This document shows positions 50,459 through 62,539 of a stretch of DNA of 64,000 bases, piece after piece. Made by a program: the position numbers and the translations under genes. The stretch's first letter is position 1, and every line of letters starts with the position of its first letter. The DNA is taken from contig NC_089430.1 of the NCBI RefSeq assembly GCF_026210795.1, positions 2,542,001 through 2,606,000 on the forward strand, read 5' to 3'. Source of the DNA: Rhizophagus irregularis. Its lineage: Eukaryota. Below the pieces are notes generated by a model. That model made no database searches. It was not told the origin of the DNA and saw nothing but the letters and a program-made list of their open reading frames with translations.

Positions 50459-53007
50459 ACTTCACTTTATAAACCGAGCACGTAATAAAAAAAGTAGAAG
50501 AAAAGGTTTTCTTAGTTTGATCAGAAGAAGGAAAGTCACCAAAGTTTGAAGGGTGAACCAAGAAAGGTTCAAGTAAGAAAAAAAAAAAAAAATTTTTTTT
50601 TTTATTTCAATAACTCGGCAACAAGAAAAAAAAGTTGTTCGCGCGTGAACAACTATCGTTTGCCGAAAAAAAAGTTTTTTTTTTCTTTGGTCGTTAAATG
50701 AGGCAACTAAATTCCTCAAGGGGTGCAACAGTATGCAAGAAAAAAAAATAATTTTTTTTCCTCAGCCAACAACTACCGTTTAATACTAAAGAAAAAAAAA
50801 ACGTATTTTTTTTGGATCACCCCTTTAAGGAATTTATATAGTATACGTGATACGTGGCGAAAAAAAAAAGTTTAGGATATGAATATGAATCATATCATAT
50901 TACTAAAAAAAAAAAATTTTTTTTTCCGTAATTTCCATATACATTAAACCAATCACAATTATGCGTTTCATCGCATTTTGCTGTGCATCATCAATAAAAA
51001 ACAAGCAGCTTGGATCTAATACGTTTTTTGACATGATCTGTAGTTAAAAAATACTGACCGAATTGAAAAATATTTATTATACAATAGTATTTGCTATTGT
51101 TAAGGAAAAAAAAAAAAAAAAATTTTTTTTTTTGAAAAAAATCACTCTTTTTATTTCATCTTGTTAAAATAATAATCAGACTTTACTGATAGAACCCGGA
51201 CCATGTACTGTTACCCCTTGAGTCACAACGCTAAAAAAGTCTAATAAAGTATTTGTTGCATCGAAATGACATAGTACAAGATCTTTTTACGTTGACGTTA
51301 ACACGTTTAAATTGTCACACGAGCGAGAAATTTTGATCATTAGAAAAGTTTTCTTAAGCTGATTAAAAAAAAATATTCCCGTGTAAGCCACAATTATTTT
51401 GACAAATTCTTAAACTTCCAGTATTCGATGAGATCTTCCGAACGCCCCATATCGAAAATCAATTAAGGATCTTTTAAAATCATGCCATCACAGGTGATAA
51501 TCGTCGTTTCATCGTTTCATAGAAACATCATTAATGATAAATAGTTATGATCAACTTGTTTTGATTTATAATTAAAGAAAAATCTTTTAAAATCTCAAAA
51601 TGTAGCCCTATTAATTAAAAAGATGGAATCTGTAGGACGAAATTGGAAAGAAAAAAAAAAAATAGGAATTTCAAATTTTCAAAAATAAAGAAAATAAAAA
51701 AAAATTTATGATAAGAAAATTTCAAAAGAATTTTTAGTTTAATAAAAATTTTTTTTCCCTGATGAAAAATTTTTTTTCAAAAATTTTTAAGATGGGATTT
51801 TTTTTTTTTAATAAATCCCGAATTTTCGCGCAATCACATGATTAAGTATAAAGACGCGTACAATATTTTGTCGCACAATTTCCATTAGAAGTTAAGTTTC
51901 CTTATCTATTAATAATGCTTTTGTTTATGGCGCTTAAAATTTGGTCTCCGGCTTTTCACGTGCTATAATCTTTATGAAAAGAGGCGATTAGATATAATTG
52001 ACGTGGAGTAATTAAAAGGTAAAAAGGATTTAAAATGAACAATTTAGTTAAGAATATAGTTAGTTATATGGATAATTTTTATAAAAAAAAATTTTAAATT
52101 CTTGATAATTTTTCCTTTTTTTTTTCTTTTTTAAAAAATGAGATAAGAAAGGTTTTATATTTTTACTTTTAATTAGATTAATTAGATTATCAAAAAGATA
52201 TTTTTTTTTAAAAAAAAAAAAATTCTTATTATTAAATATATTCTCAATGATCAGTTTTCATTCATCCATATATACCATATATATATTATATATCCCCCCA
52301 TGGTTTAGAGTAGATGCAAGTTGTAACCTCAAGTTACAATCTTAATTTGTCCACTAATATCTCAAACTACAAGTGTTACAAATTGATAATATGGGAATAT
52401 TTTAGCCGCGTGGAATAAATATATCTGCAAGTAATACTAAAATAGACGCAGTACGATAATAAATTAATTTTTCCATTCTAAGGATATTGATAATATTAAA
52501 AAATACGTAGATAACAATGGAAATGATTGTAAACATGACGATATATAATTTTTTGTGTAGCAAAACATCAAAATTTTAAAACGGAATTACGGAATTACGG
52601 TAAAATATTTACTCGTTACCCGCGTTAGATGATAATCATATCAAATTTTGTGGCGCAGAGCCGCAGAATAATTCAATAATTCATTCGTTTTTAATTAATT
52701 AATGGTTAGTTTGATAGTCTCAAATGTCGTGTTAGTTAACCTTATAATTTCTATCAGCCTAGCCTGCCAAGTAGACTAACTGAACTTTAAATTAAATATT
52801 AATTTTTTTCTTAATAATCAATCTTTTTGTACCATTCCTCTCGCGATCAATAGTGTCCTTCACGTAACTTAAACTGATTAATAATAACAAAATTTACACG
52901 GTAATTTATTTATACGGTTAATGATTTTCGTTTTTTTGTTTATTTTTCAAATAAAACCGCTAATTATTTTGCAACCTTTTATTTGTATTTTGAACTTTAG
53001 AAATATA

Positions 53008-54154
53008 ATGCCGGGACGAATGCTTTTTCGATACACTCGTGAAGAGGTGGCGAAACATAATACAACTTCAGACCTATGGATTATTCATAATAACAAAGTT
53101 TATGACGTGACAGAATTTGCAATGGATCACCCAGGTGGTCCAGAGTTAATTAAAGAATGGGGAGGCAAAGACGTGACGAAAACTTTAATTGACCCAATTT
53201 CACACGAGCATTCCGAAACTGCATATGAAATTTTAGGAGATTTGTGTATAGGAGAAATAGTTGAGGGACCTAATAACAATAATTCTTTGAATTCAATGGA
53301 TAATAAGATTTTTACTACTCGTCGATTTGATGAAAAAATTGATCAATTTTATCCCGAAAACACTGATGTTAATATTGATCTCCAGAAAGAAAAATTTCTT
53401 AACCTTAATAGACCATTATTTGTTCAAATGTTTAATTGTAATTTTAGTAAAGAATTTTACCTTAAACAAATTCATCAACCACGACATCTTCCATATTCAG
53501 CAAAATTATTTGAGAACCCTTGGTTAGAGTTATTAACAAAAACTCCATGGTATGCGATTCCAATAGTGTGGCTTCCAATAGTATCATATCATATATTCAT
53601 GGCATCAGATTTAGGATCAAAACCTGTTAGTATATTATTTCTTATTGGAATTGTAATGTGGACTTTATTGGAATATGGAATTCATAGATTTTTATTTCAC
53701 GTTGATGCAATTTTACCTGATCATCCTTATGCTCTTTGTGTGCATTTTACTTTGCATGGAATACATCATTATTTGCCAATGGATAAGTAAGTTTTTTTTT
53801 TATTAGAGTGATACCTTTTATTTAAAATCAATTCTATTATGATAACATATATATTTATTTAGGCTTCGTCTTGTAATGCCACCAGTTCTTGGATTTGCTA
53901 TTGCAATTCCGATTATACAGATTGTATATTCGATTTTTCCAGTTTCAATTGGACATGGTTTAATTGCAGGAGCAGTGTTTGGTTATATTTGTTATGATTT
54001 AACTCATTATCATCTCCATCATGCTAAACCATTTGGTAAACACTTGAGGGAAATGAAGACTTATCATTTGGCTCATCATTATAAGAATTATGAATTAGGT
54101 TATGGAATTACAAGTAAAATTTGGGATACTTTTTTTGGAACACTTTTGGAATAA
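53008..54154 (+). CDS. SCS7: Sphingolipid fatty acid 2-hydroxylase with N-terminal cytochrome b5 (Scs7/FA2H), one intron
   Basis: VYDVTEFAMDHPGG; LLTKTPWY; EYGIHRFLFH; HGIHHYLPMD/LRLVMPP; YDLTHYHLHH; HLAHHYKNYELGYGITSKIWD. Confidence 0.97.
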
Positions 54155-57100
54155 ATAAAATCACTTTTGGAGCAAATTAAAGTTTACTGATGGTGAGTCT
54201 TGGTTCATTTTTACAAAAGCATTTATTATTATTTTTTTTTTTTTCAAAAGGATCGAAACGTTAATTAGGTAAAATAATACGTAATTTAGAATTTATTATG
54301 TATTTGTTGTATATTTGCTAAGAGCGTTATAGACTTATTAATAATTATTTATAAATTTGTTCTCATGAATTTGAGGGTGAATCTGAGGGTGAATCTGAGG
54401 ATAAATTTGAAAATTACTTTTATTTCTTTTATATATATATATATATATACATATATATATTAATAAGTATCTTTTTTCTTTTCTTGATGTACAAAATTAC
54501 TTTTGCTGTTTTGCTGTTAATAATCAACTCTAATAAAAAAAAAATAGTTATATATTTTTAACATTAACTAAATGTACATGTGAGTAGGTGATACGTGGAT
54601 GTATGTTCTAGAAAGAAGGGAATTAATAATTGAGTTTTAATAATAATTCAAATCTTTTTATCATTGTAGAATTATAAGTGTGAAATAGGGGGATGTCAGA
54701 TGGCATGCTTACCTTTAGAAATTGTGATGATCATATTCTTCAATATATCATGTCTGATGTCTCCAACATTCTTACCATCAACAAAGGGTTAAGCTAATCC
54801 TATGGGGGTTAGAATTTCACCGATATGAAATAGGGGAATAGAACAGATTAGGAAAGCAAGATGTGTGGGGATTATAGTCAAATAATGATCATTGTTTATT
54901 GTAAAATAAAACATGATAGGGATATAGAAGATAAAGGAAACCAAATAGCACAAAACATTAAATTTTCAAGAGATCAAAATTGGAATTTGTAAAAAGGAAT
55001 CAGTTGAAGCAACAGTTTTGAGTCCAGGTTATAAGTTTAAATGATGATATATTTTTTTTCATTGCACTCTCATGATTATATAAACGTATAGTTCACTTAT
55101 TGGAGAGTAAACAGTACAAAGGAGAAGGGATATTCATCATCTTGGATTAAAGAAGACTAATAGTCAAATGCTTTGTTAAGAACATTTACTCTTTTGATAA
55201 CATGGCAAAAAGTCAGAGGGATCGATCATTCTATTATTCAAAAATGAAATTACACTTGAAAAGAAAGAAAAAAAAAAGGTTAATTAAAGGAGGGGATTGT
55301 ATAATTTTATATTTTTCCGGGATTTTTATGATTAAGCACCTTTAATTCATCCAACCAATGGTTTAATATGATGATGACAACATTTTAGATAAACCACGTG
55401 ATATAGGTATGTGTTTTTTCAATTTTAAAATCATGTGCGCTCGCACATAATGAATTTTCCCCATGAAGTTTAATAATCATATGAAAACTAAGTAATATTT
55501 GGAAATAAACATGTGGGGCGTTTTGTGTTCCAAAAGAATTTTTAATAATTGATTACAGCGGATAATGTGAACAGACACATTCATTTTAATAATAATAATA
55601 AGAAGAAAAAAAAAAGAGAGGGAAACATACATTATTAAAAATTCTCATTCATTCCTAACATTTCCATTCAACAATTTTTCAAAAAAGTAAAAATTTTTTC
55701 ATTATTTTGAAAACATAAGTAAATTCTCTTACGACACATTGCATTATTTCGGCTTTTCTTTTGATTGTTTGTTATTTGATTGTTATTTTTTTTTTTTTTT
55801 GACGCCCAGGTACATTTTTTACTTAGTGTACAAATCTAGTTAAACGGGCATAAAAAAACGCGTGGGATTAATAAAGAGACTATTTTTGATAAAGAGCAAC
55901 CAAAAATTTTTTTTAAGAGAACGGAGTTAATATCTATAAAAAAAAAAAAATCACTTGATAAAGATTTTCCCGTTTTCTCGTTTAATTTAAGAATGTATCA
56001 CATTAGAAAGAAAAAATCACATAATTGGTTCTATCAAATTTTTTTTTACAATTTGATCCACAATGATAGGGACGATAAGGAAGATAAGGATAATTGGGAT
56101 AATTAGGATAATTGTAACGTAACCCTACGTATCTTTTCATAATTATCACGTGACAAATATAATTTTGGCATAAATATAATTTTAATTTAGGCCAAATGAA
56201 TTATTTTGGGGGAGATGAAAATCATCCCCAAAAGAATAACGAAACTGACATAAAATTACATTTAGAAAGAATCTAAAGAATCTAAGAATCTTATAGTTCT
56301 TTGTGAATGATTACATGTTATATTCGCGAAAAAAAAAAAATATTTTTTTTTTGGGGGAGAAAAAATAAACAACGAAAAAACCGAAAACGTTGAAATTAAA
56401 AACAAGTTAGACTTTTAATTATTTATAGTGATTTAGTTGAAAATAATGTGAAAATAATAAATATGTAAACAATAGTAATAATTGATAATAACGAAGTAGA
56501 TCTTGAATGAATATGTTTTCAAGGTTATCATATGAATTACTTTATTTAGATTAGAGGAAAAAGGGAGAATATAATAAAATTTTGAAAAAAATAGGGTAAA
56601 TTAATAAATATTACATGAAAAAAGATATTTGCGATAAAAATCCTCGAGAAATATATATTTTATCAAGATTATAAGTTTCCCGTTAAAAAATTACACGTTT
56701 TTTTAATGATTTTTTTTTTTTGGTATTTTTTAAGCTTTTTTTATCAAGATTACAAGATTATGATAACATACGTGTGATTTTTGCTCACGCTATAAAAATA
56801 CCGGATCTGAGTGGAAATAAATAAAGGAAAAATAAATACTTAATTTAGTAAAGACTTTAATTAATAAATTATAAATTAAAAAAAAATTTATAATATTTTT
56901 CTTGTTGCCTTTTTTTGATTTGATTTTTTTTTAAAAACAAGTTTCGTTACTCGCTTTTTTGTTTGATTCATTCGCACGTACAAAAATATCGAAAGAAATG
57001 ATTTTTTTATAAACTAGAAAAGATTCTTGTTAACTTGTAAAAAAAATTCTCACAAGTTAGAAAAAATTTTTTTGCTGTTGATTATTTCCTATTAAAAAAA

Positions 57101-58499
57101 AATGCCATTATTTTCTCATTATATTACAAAAATATAAAATACATCCATTTTACCAAAAAAAGAAAGAAATTTTCATTAATCTTCAAAATCCCTTATCAAA
57201 TTTTTTTTTTTTAAGGGTAGATAAAAAAAATTTTTCTCCACGACAATCATCACATAAATTTTTTTTTTTATGTTATCAGAAAGAAAAAAATATATATACA
57301 TACATACTTACTTACTTACTTACATACATACATATATATATACATACATGCATAACATATAATATATATATGTATATATATATATATATATATATGCATA
57401 TATTCTATTTTATTTTACCATTTATATATATAAAAAAAGCCCATTCCCCCCTTGTCAGAAAAAATTTTTTCGATACTTTATCTTATGATCAGGTTCTACT
57501 TTAAAAATATACATATATATATTTTTTATTTACATTTGCGAATTTAGAATTAACGTTTAATGGAAGGCTGGAAACAACCTTTTTTTATTATATAATTTTT
57601 TTTTTTTTTTTTTTTGACGCTAGGACCTGTATATTTTTTATTTTTTTGGTATCAAATTTCTTTGTCCAGGAAAAAAAAAATTTTTTTTTTTTTTTTTTAC
57701 TTTATGTATCAAATATGCTGTATATCTCTTTTCTGTATACTCTATTATAATTGCTAAAAATAATCGATTCACGTAAAAAAAAAAAACTCATAAATATCCA
57801 TTACATTCCCACTTATCTACAATACCTTTTTTTTTTGTCATCAACAATTTTTTTTTCTTTTCTCTTTCTTTCTCTCCAAATTATATAATAATTTTTTTTT
57901 ACAATATTTATAATAATAAATAAATATTTTATCTTATATATATATATTATATATATATATACATTTTATTTTTTTTTTTATCTTTTTTCTTTTTCAATAA
58001 AGAAAATTATTATTACTTGTTTGAAAAGCTCTCTTGAGAGCTTTTTTTTTTTTTGAAAAATATATAAATAAGAAAATTGTTTTATCGTCACTTTCTTTTT
58101 TTTTTTATATATATAAATTGTGTTTTTTAAACATTTTTTTTCCCTTAACCCTTTGTAAATAATATACCTCACGTATAAAGATTGTGACAACGAGGAGCAA
58201 TACTACATCCGATTAAAAGGTAATCTGAACTTCTATTTTTGTGTGATAGGTTACCGAAATCTTGGTTGTATGTGTGTGTGTGGGATTCAATTAAGCGTGA
58301 CACAGATTGTTTATTAATAATGCCATTACTGCGTATTTATTTATTTGTTTGTTTTTGATGATCATCATCATAAAAGTAATAATTATTTTCTTTTTTCCTT
58401 GAGGTAATCAATATCTAATAATTATATATATATATATTTTTTTTTTTTTCAAAAAAATTATTACACATAGACTTTTTATAGAATACTTTTAAAAAAAGA

Positions 58500-61400
58500 A
58501 TGTCGTGCGAAGACAATTTACAACATGTACCAACCACATTTACTTGGTCACAATGGGGTAATCATATTTGTATTGCTGGTTCATTTGATCCTCCAAATCC
58601 AGTATGGACTCCAATAGATATGAATAAAAATGCTGATAATGTTAACGAAGTTACTTTGAGTTTAGTGCCAGATAAAAAATATTTTTATAAATTTGTTATT
58701 GACGATCAATGGGTATTGGATCCTACTATACCTTCTTATCCTGATGAAAGTGGTAATTATAATCATGTAATTGAGGTGGAACCTCCATCACCATCTCCTC
58801 TTCCATCTGTAGAAGAAAAAATGATTGAGGATCAAAAAGATGAGGTTCAATTACCACCTCCTCTTCCATCTGAAGATGAAAAAATGACCGAGGATCAAAA
58901 AGATGAGGTTCCATTACCACCTTCTATTCCATCTGAAGAAGAAAAAATAACCGAGGATCAAAAAGATGAGATTCCATTTCCACCTCATATTCCATCTGAA
59001 GAAGAAAAAATAACCGAGGATCAAAATGATGAGGTTTCATTACCACCTCCTATTCCATCTGAAGAAGAAAAAATGGCTGAGGATCAAAAAGATGATGAAG
59101 AGCAGAAAGTTGAAAATCTTGAATCTGAAATCCATCAAAAAGAACATTATTATGAAAATCAAGTTGTAAACGATGACCAAGAACTAAATCAAAATATGGA
59201 AGAACAGGTTGAAGTTGATATCCAAAAAGAGGACCAAGAACTAAATCAAAATGTGGAAGAACAGGTTGAAGTTGCTATCCAAAAAGAGGACCAAGAACTA
59301 AATCAAAATTCGGAAGAACAAGTTGAAGTTGCTATCCAAAAAGAGGACGAAGAACTAAATCAAAATTCGGAAGAACAGGTTGAAGTTGCTATCCAAAAAG
59401 ATCAACATCAACTTGAGGAAAATCAAGTTCAGCTTCAACAAGGGGGGAAACAGATCTTATCTGAAGTCCAAATTGAGCAAAATCAGCATGAGGGAAGTCA
59501 GGTCAGTATTAATAATGATCAAAAAGAACATTACCAGCATTTTGATGATCAGGTCACAGCAACAGCTGATGATCAGAAAGAACAGCACCCGCATGATGAT
59601 GATCAGATCGTGCATCAGCACGAGGAGGTTTCTAAAAAAACTGAACTGTTTGTTGATGAAGTTCACGTTGAATCAGATGTTACAGAAAAGATCACAGAAT
59701 CTTCTACTGAATCTTCCGAAGCAGTTCAAATTGACCAATCACGTGACAATTCCCTCGTATCAGAGGTACTAGAGATTGAAACCACCTCAATTATGAAAGA
59801 AACAATTATTGAATCTGATAACGAAAAGTTATCCGCAGAGCACGTCGCAAATAATGAATCCATTGAAAAGACTCCTAATATCGTTGAAACTATAAAAGAG
59901 TCTCAATATACTTCATCCACTTCACATGATGATTCAACGAACCCTGTTACATTTATTGAAAAAGAAATTAATATTTCCGGTGAAGTAACTTCTGAACAAA
60001 CAAAGGAAGAAATGGTATCCAGTAATCAAGATGAAGGAATTTCTTCGATAACAACAATTACACAAGAGACACCCGACTCTGAAACTTCAGATGTTAATGT
60101 TGAGGGATTAAGTAACGAAGTTATTATTGTACAATCTGTCGTTAAAGATGAATCCATCAATGAATTTACTGAACAATCTATTATAAAAGATGAATCCATC
60201 AATGAATTTACTGAACAATCTATTAGTAAAGATGAATCCATCAATGAATTTACTGAACAATCTGTTATTAAAGATGAATCCATCAATGAATTTACTGAAC
60301 AATCGGTTATTAAAGATGAATTGATCAATGAGTTTACTGAACAATCTGTCATTAAAGATGATTCGATTAATGAATTTACTGAACAATCTGTCGTTAAAGA
60401 TGATGATTCAATCAATAAATTTACTGAACAATCTGTTGTTTTTGAAGATGAATCTAAAGTTACAGAATTTATCGAGGATAAACCTCCTTCAATCGATGAA
60501 AAACACGAACAGAACGTTTCACCTTCAAGCGTTAAAATATCCGATTCAACAACTAATGCTACAGAAATAATAATGCCCTCTGCAGATGTGGATTATGAAG
60601 AAACTTATGAACCTGAACTTGACCCAATAAATGAAAATGATGATGATGATGAGGATGAGGATGATGATTATGAGGATGATGATTATAATAAGGATGATGA
60701 TAATGAATATTCGACCTATGATGATATGTTCAATCACTTCAATGGAGAGACATATCCTGAAGGAGTATCTGCAGAGTCTATTAAGGAGGTTATATTGAAT
60801 CATACTTGGGCTAAGGATGAATCGATAGATGAAACTATTCCTAGTACATGGCTAGAATCGTACGAGTCAACGGCCTATGTATGGTCCGAGAATACTCAAG
60901 TTGAATGGTCGAATAAAGACACTTGGGCATTAATTGAAGAAAATACTGGTACTCCCAAATCTGAGCACGTAATTGAAAAAATTTATTCAAGTAATGAAGT
61001 AACCGAATCGCAGGAAATTCTTTCAACGTCCCTTGTTGAGGAGACAGTCACAGAACAAGAAGGAATCCCGTCTTCTACAAATGTAAATGAAAATCTTGAA
61101 AGCACTCTCGTAAGAGAGGTGCCTGCGCAATCGACCAATAATGAATCACACATGGAAGATAAAACTCGAGAGATTATCGTTGAAGAAAAGGCAAAAGAAT
61201 ACGATATCATGAGTGGAGAAAAACTCGTTATCAAAGAAAATATTAATTCAACAACAGAAGTCAAAGTAATAGCTGAGCCTTCATCTGTTCAATATGAAAA
61301 ACCAGAAAGTAGCGCCACAGCTGATGAGAAGGTATCTTCAATGCCCACAACTGTAATAGCACCTGCAAATGATCAAGATTTGATTAATGCGGATGTATTA

Positions 61401-61844
61401 AAAGCGATCGAAAAACTAAAATTGATCGAAAAACAAGAAAATTCCGAAGAATCCTTAACAGGAGTAAATATTTCAGCTGGCAAGATAAGTCAACGTAAGA
61501 TATCTCCAATATCACCAAATGCGTCATCACCTGGTGAGTCAACGCGAAATGCTGATATGTATACTACTCATAATATAACTGTAGCTACCAATGCGTCACG
61601 AGAAATTGTTTCTCCAACTAAAGAATCATTAAGCATAAAATCTAAAAGCAAGAAGAAGCCTCCTATAGAGATAACATCCCGAGAAGTTTTACAAAAAGAT
61701 CTAAAATCTGTCCAACAACATGACGACTTGAATAAATTAGATTTTAATATAGTTTATTTAGTAACTACGGTAGCTACGACGTTTACTCTTGGAATAATTT
61801 CCATGCTATACAAATCAGTTTTTGGACAGAAAAGAAATAGATGA
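58500..61844 (+). CDS. 1114-aa protein: N-terminal AMPK-beta-type glycogen-binding (CBM48-like) domain, long acidic repeat region, C-terminal TM anchor
   Basis: TTFTWSQWGNHICIAGSF...YFYKFVIDDQWVLDP...DESGNYNHVIEV; TM IVYLVTTVATTFTLGIISMLY followed by a short basic tail; probable 5'UTR intron about 58220-58470. Confidence 0.88.
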   Translation: MSCEDNLQHVPTTFTWSQWGNHICIAGSFDPPNPVWTPIDMNKNADNVNEVTLSLVPDKKYFYKFVIDDQWVLDPTIPSYPDESGNYNHVIEVEPPSPSPLPSVEEKMIEDQKDEVQLPPPLPSEDEKMTEDQKDEVPLPPSIPSEEEKITEDQKDEIPFPPHIPSEEEKITEDQNDEVSLPPPIPSEEEKMAEDQKDDEEQKVENLESEIHQKEHYYENQVVNDDQELNQNMEEQVEVDIQKEDQELNQNVEEQVEVAIQKEDQELNQNSEEQVEVAIQKEDEELNQNSEEQVEVAIQKDQHQLEENQVQLQQGGKQILSEVQIEQNQHEGSQVSINNDQKEHYQHFDDQVTATADDQKEQHPHDDDQIVHQHEEVSKKTELFVDEVHVESDVTEKITESSTESSEAVQIDQSRDNSLVSEVLEIETTSIMKETIIESDNEKLSAEHVANNESIEKTPNIVETIKESQYTSSTSHDDSTNPVTFIEKEINISGEVTSEQTKEEMVSSNQDEGISSITTITQETPDSETSDVNVEGLSNEVIIVQSVVKDESINEFTEQSIIKDESINEFTEQSISKDESINEFTEQSVIKDESINEFTEQSVIKDELINEFTEQSVIKDDSINEFTEQSVVKDDDSINKFTEQSVVFEDESKVTEFIEDKPPSIDEKHEQNVSPSSVKISDSTTNATEIIMPSADVDYEETYEPELDPINENDDDDEDEDDDYEDDDYNKDDDNEYSTYDDMFNHFNGETYPEGVSAESIKEVILNHTWAKDESIDETIPSTWLESYESTAYVWSENTQVEWSNKDTWALIEENTGTPKSEHVIEKIYSSNEVTESQEILSTSLVEETVTEQEGIPSSTNVNENLESTLVREVPAQSTNNESHMEDKTREIIVEEKAKEYDIMSGEKLVIKENINSTTEVKVIAEPSSVQYEKPESSATADEKVSSMPTTVIAPANDQDLINADVLKAIEKLKLIEKQENSEESLTGVNISAGKISQRKISPISPNASSPGESTRNADMYTTHNITVATNASREIVSPTKESLSIKSKSKKKPPIEITSREVLQKDLKSVQQHDDLNKLDFNIVYLVTTVATTFTLGIISMLYKSVFGQKRNR
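58790..60440 (+). repeat. Three in-frame coding minisatellites: 63 bp x5, 57 bp x4, 42 bp x~7
   Basis: PPPxPSEEEKxxEDQKDEV (about 58790-59095), DQELNQNxEEQVEVAIQKE (59175-59400), EQSVIKDESINEFT (about 60130-60440). Confidence 0.92.
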
Positions 61845-62539
61845 AGATATTAATGACGATATTAAAAGAGGATTTTTCTATATATTTTCTTCGTTTATAT
61901 ATATATTGCCTATACAGGCGAATTGGACATTTTGGTTTAAATAACGAACATTTGATCTTTTTTTTTCATAATTTTTCAATACATCTACATCTAATGTTTA
62001 TCGCACTTTGAAAATACCCCCAATCCTATCACAAATGCAACAATCATTTTTATTTAAATATACACTAGCCTTGGCTTCATGTTATTGAGGAATCTTTTTT
62101 TTTTATTCCACTTAACAAATTTTAAATTTCAATTATCTTTCTCATAGTTCTTTTAGAATTCAAGTTAACGAACTTTCTGATCTGTTTACTACAAAGTTTA
62201 TTGGACGATATTTCATGATTTCTAATTCTTTTCTACAATATAAAGTAGTTGACCATATAATTTGTTGAGATTTAAGATTTATAATCTTTTTTGTAATGAA
62301 TTTTTTTAAATAAAGAATGTATATTTCTTGAACCATATACTGTGTGATATCATTCCATAAATGTCTTTCTGTCTTGTTATATTTCACATTTTGCCTAATG
62401 TTTATAATATACTTTTTTATCATGTGATCGAAAGGTTGTCTAAGTGTTTAATCTTACTAAATAAAGTTTGATCCACGCCTTGACAAAAAATATAATAGGC
62501 AATGAAATGAAATTAATAATTTTTTGATTTTTTCCCAAG

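Noticed and set aside
54580..55260. Higher-complexity stretch downstream of SCS7 as ncRNA or gene
   Set aside because: No ORF, no properly spaced C/D boxes and no convincing stems.
56117..56130. TAACCCTA as a telomerase template or telomeric seed
   Set aside because: A single 8-mer with no supporting structure; expected by chance.
59380..61264. Alternate-frame and antisense ORFs over the CBM48 gene (and similar ones over the PPR, PCK1 and LARP1 genes)
   Set aside because: Shadows of biased or repetitive coding sequence; no independent motifs.
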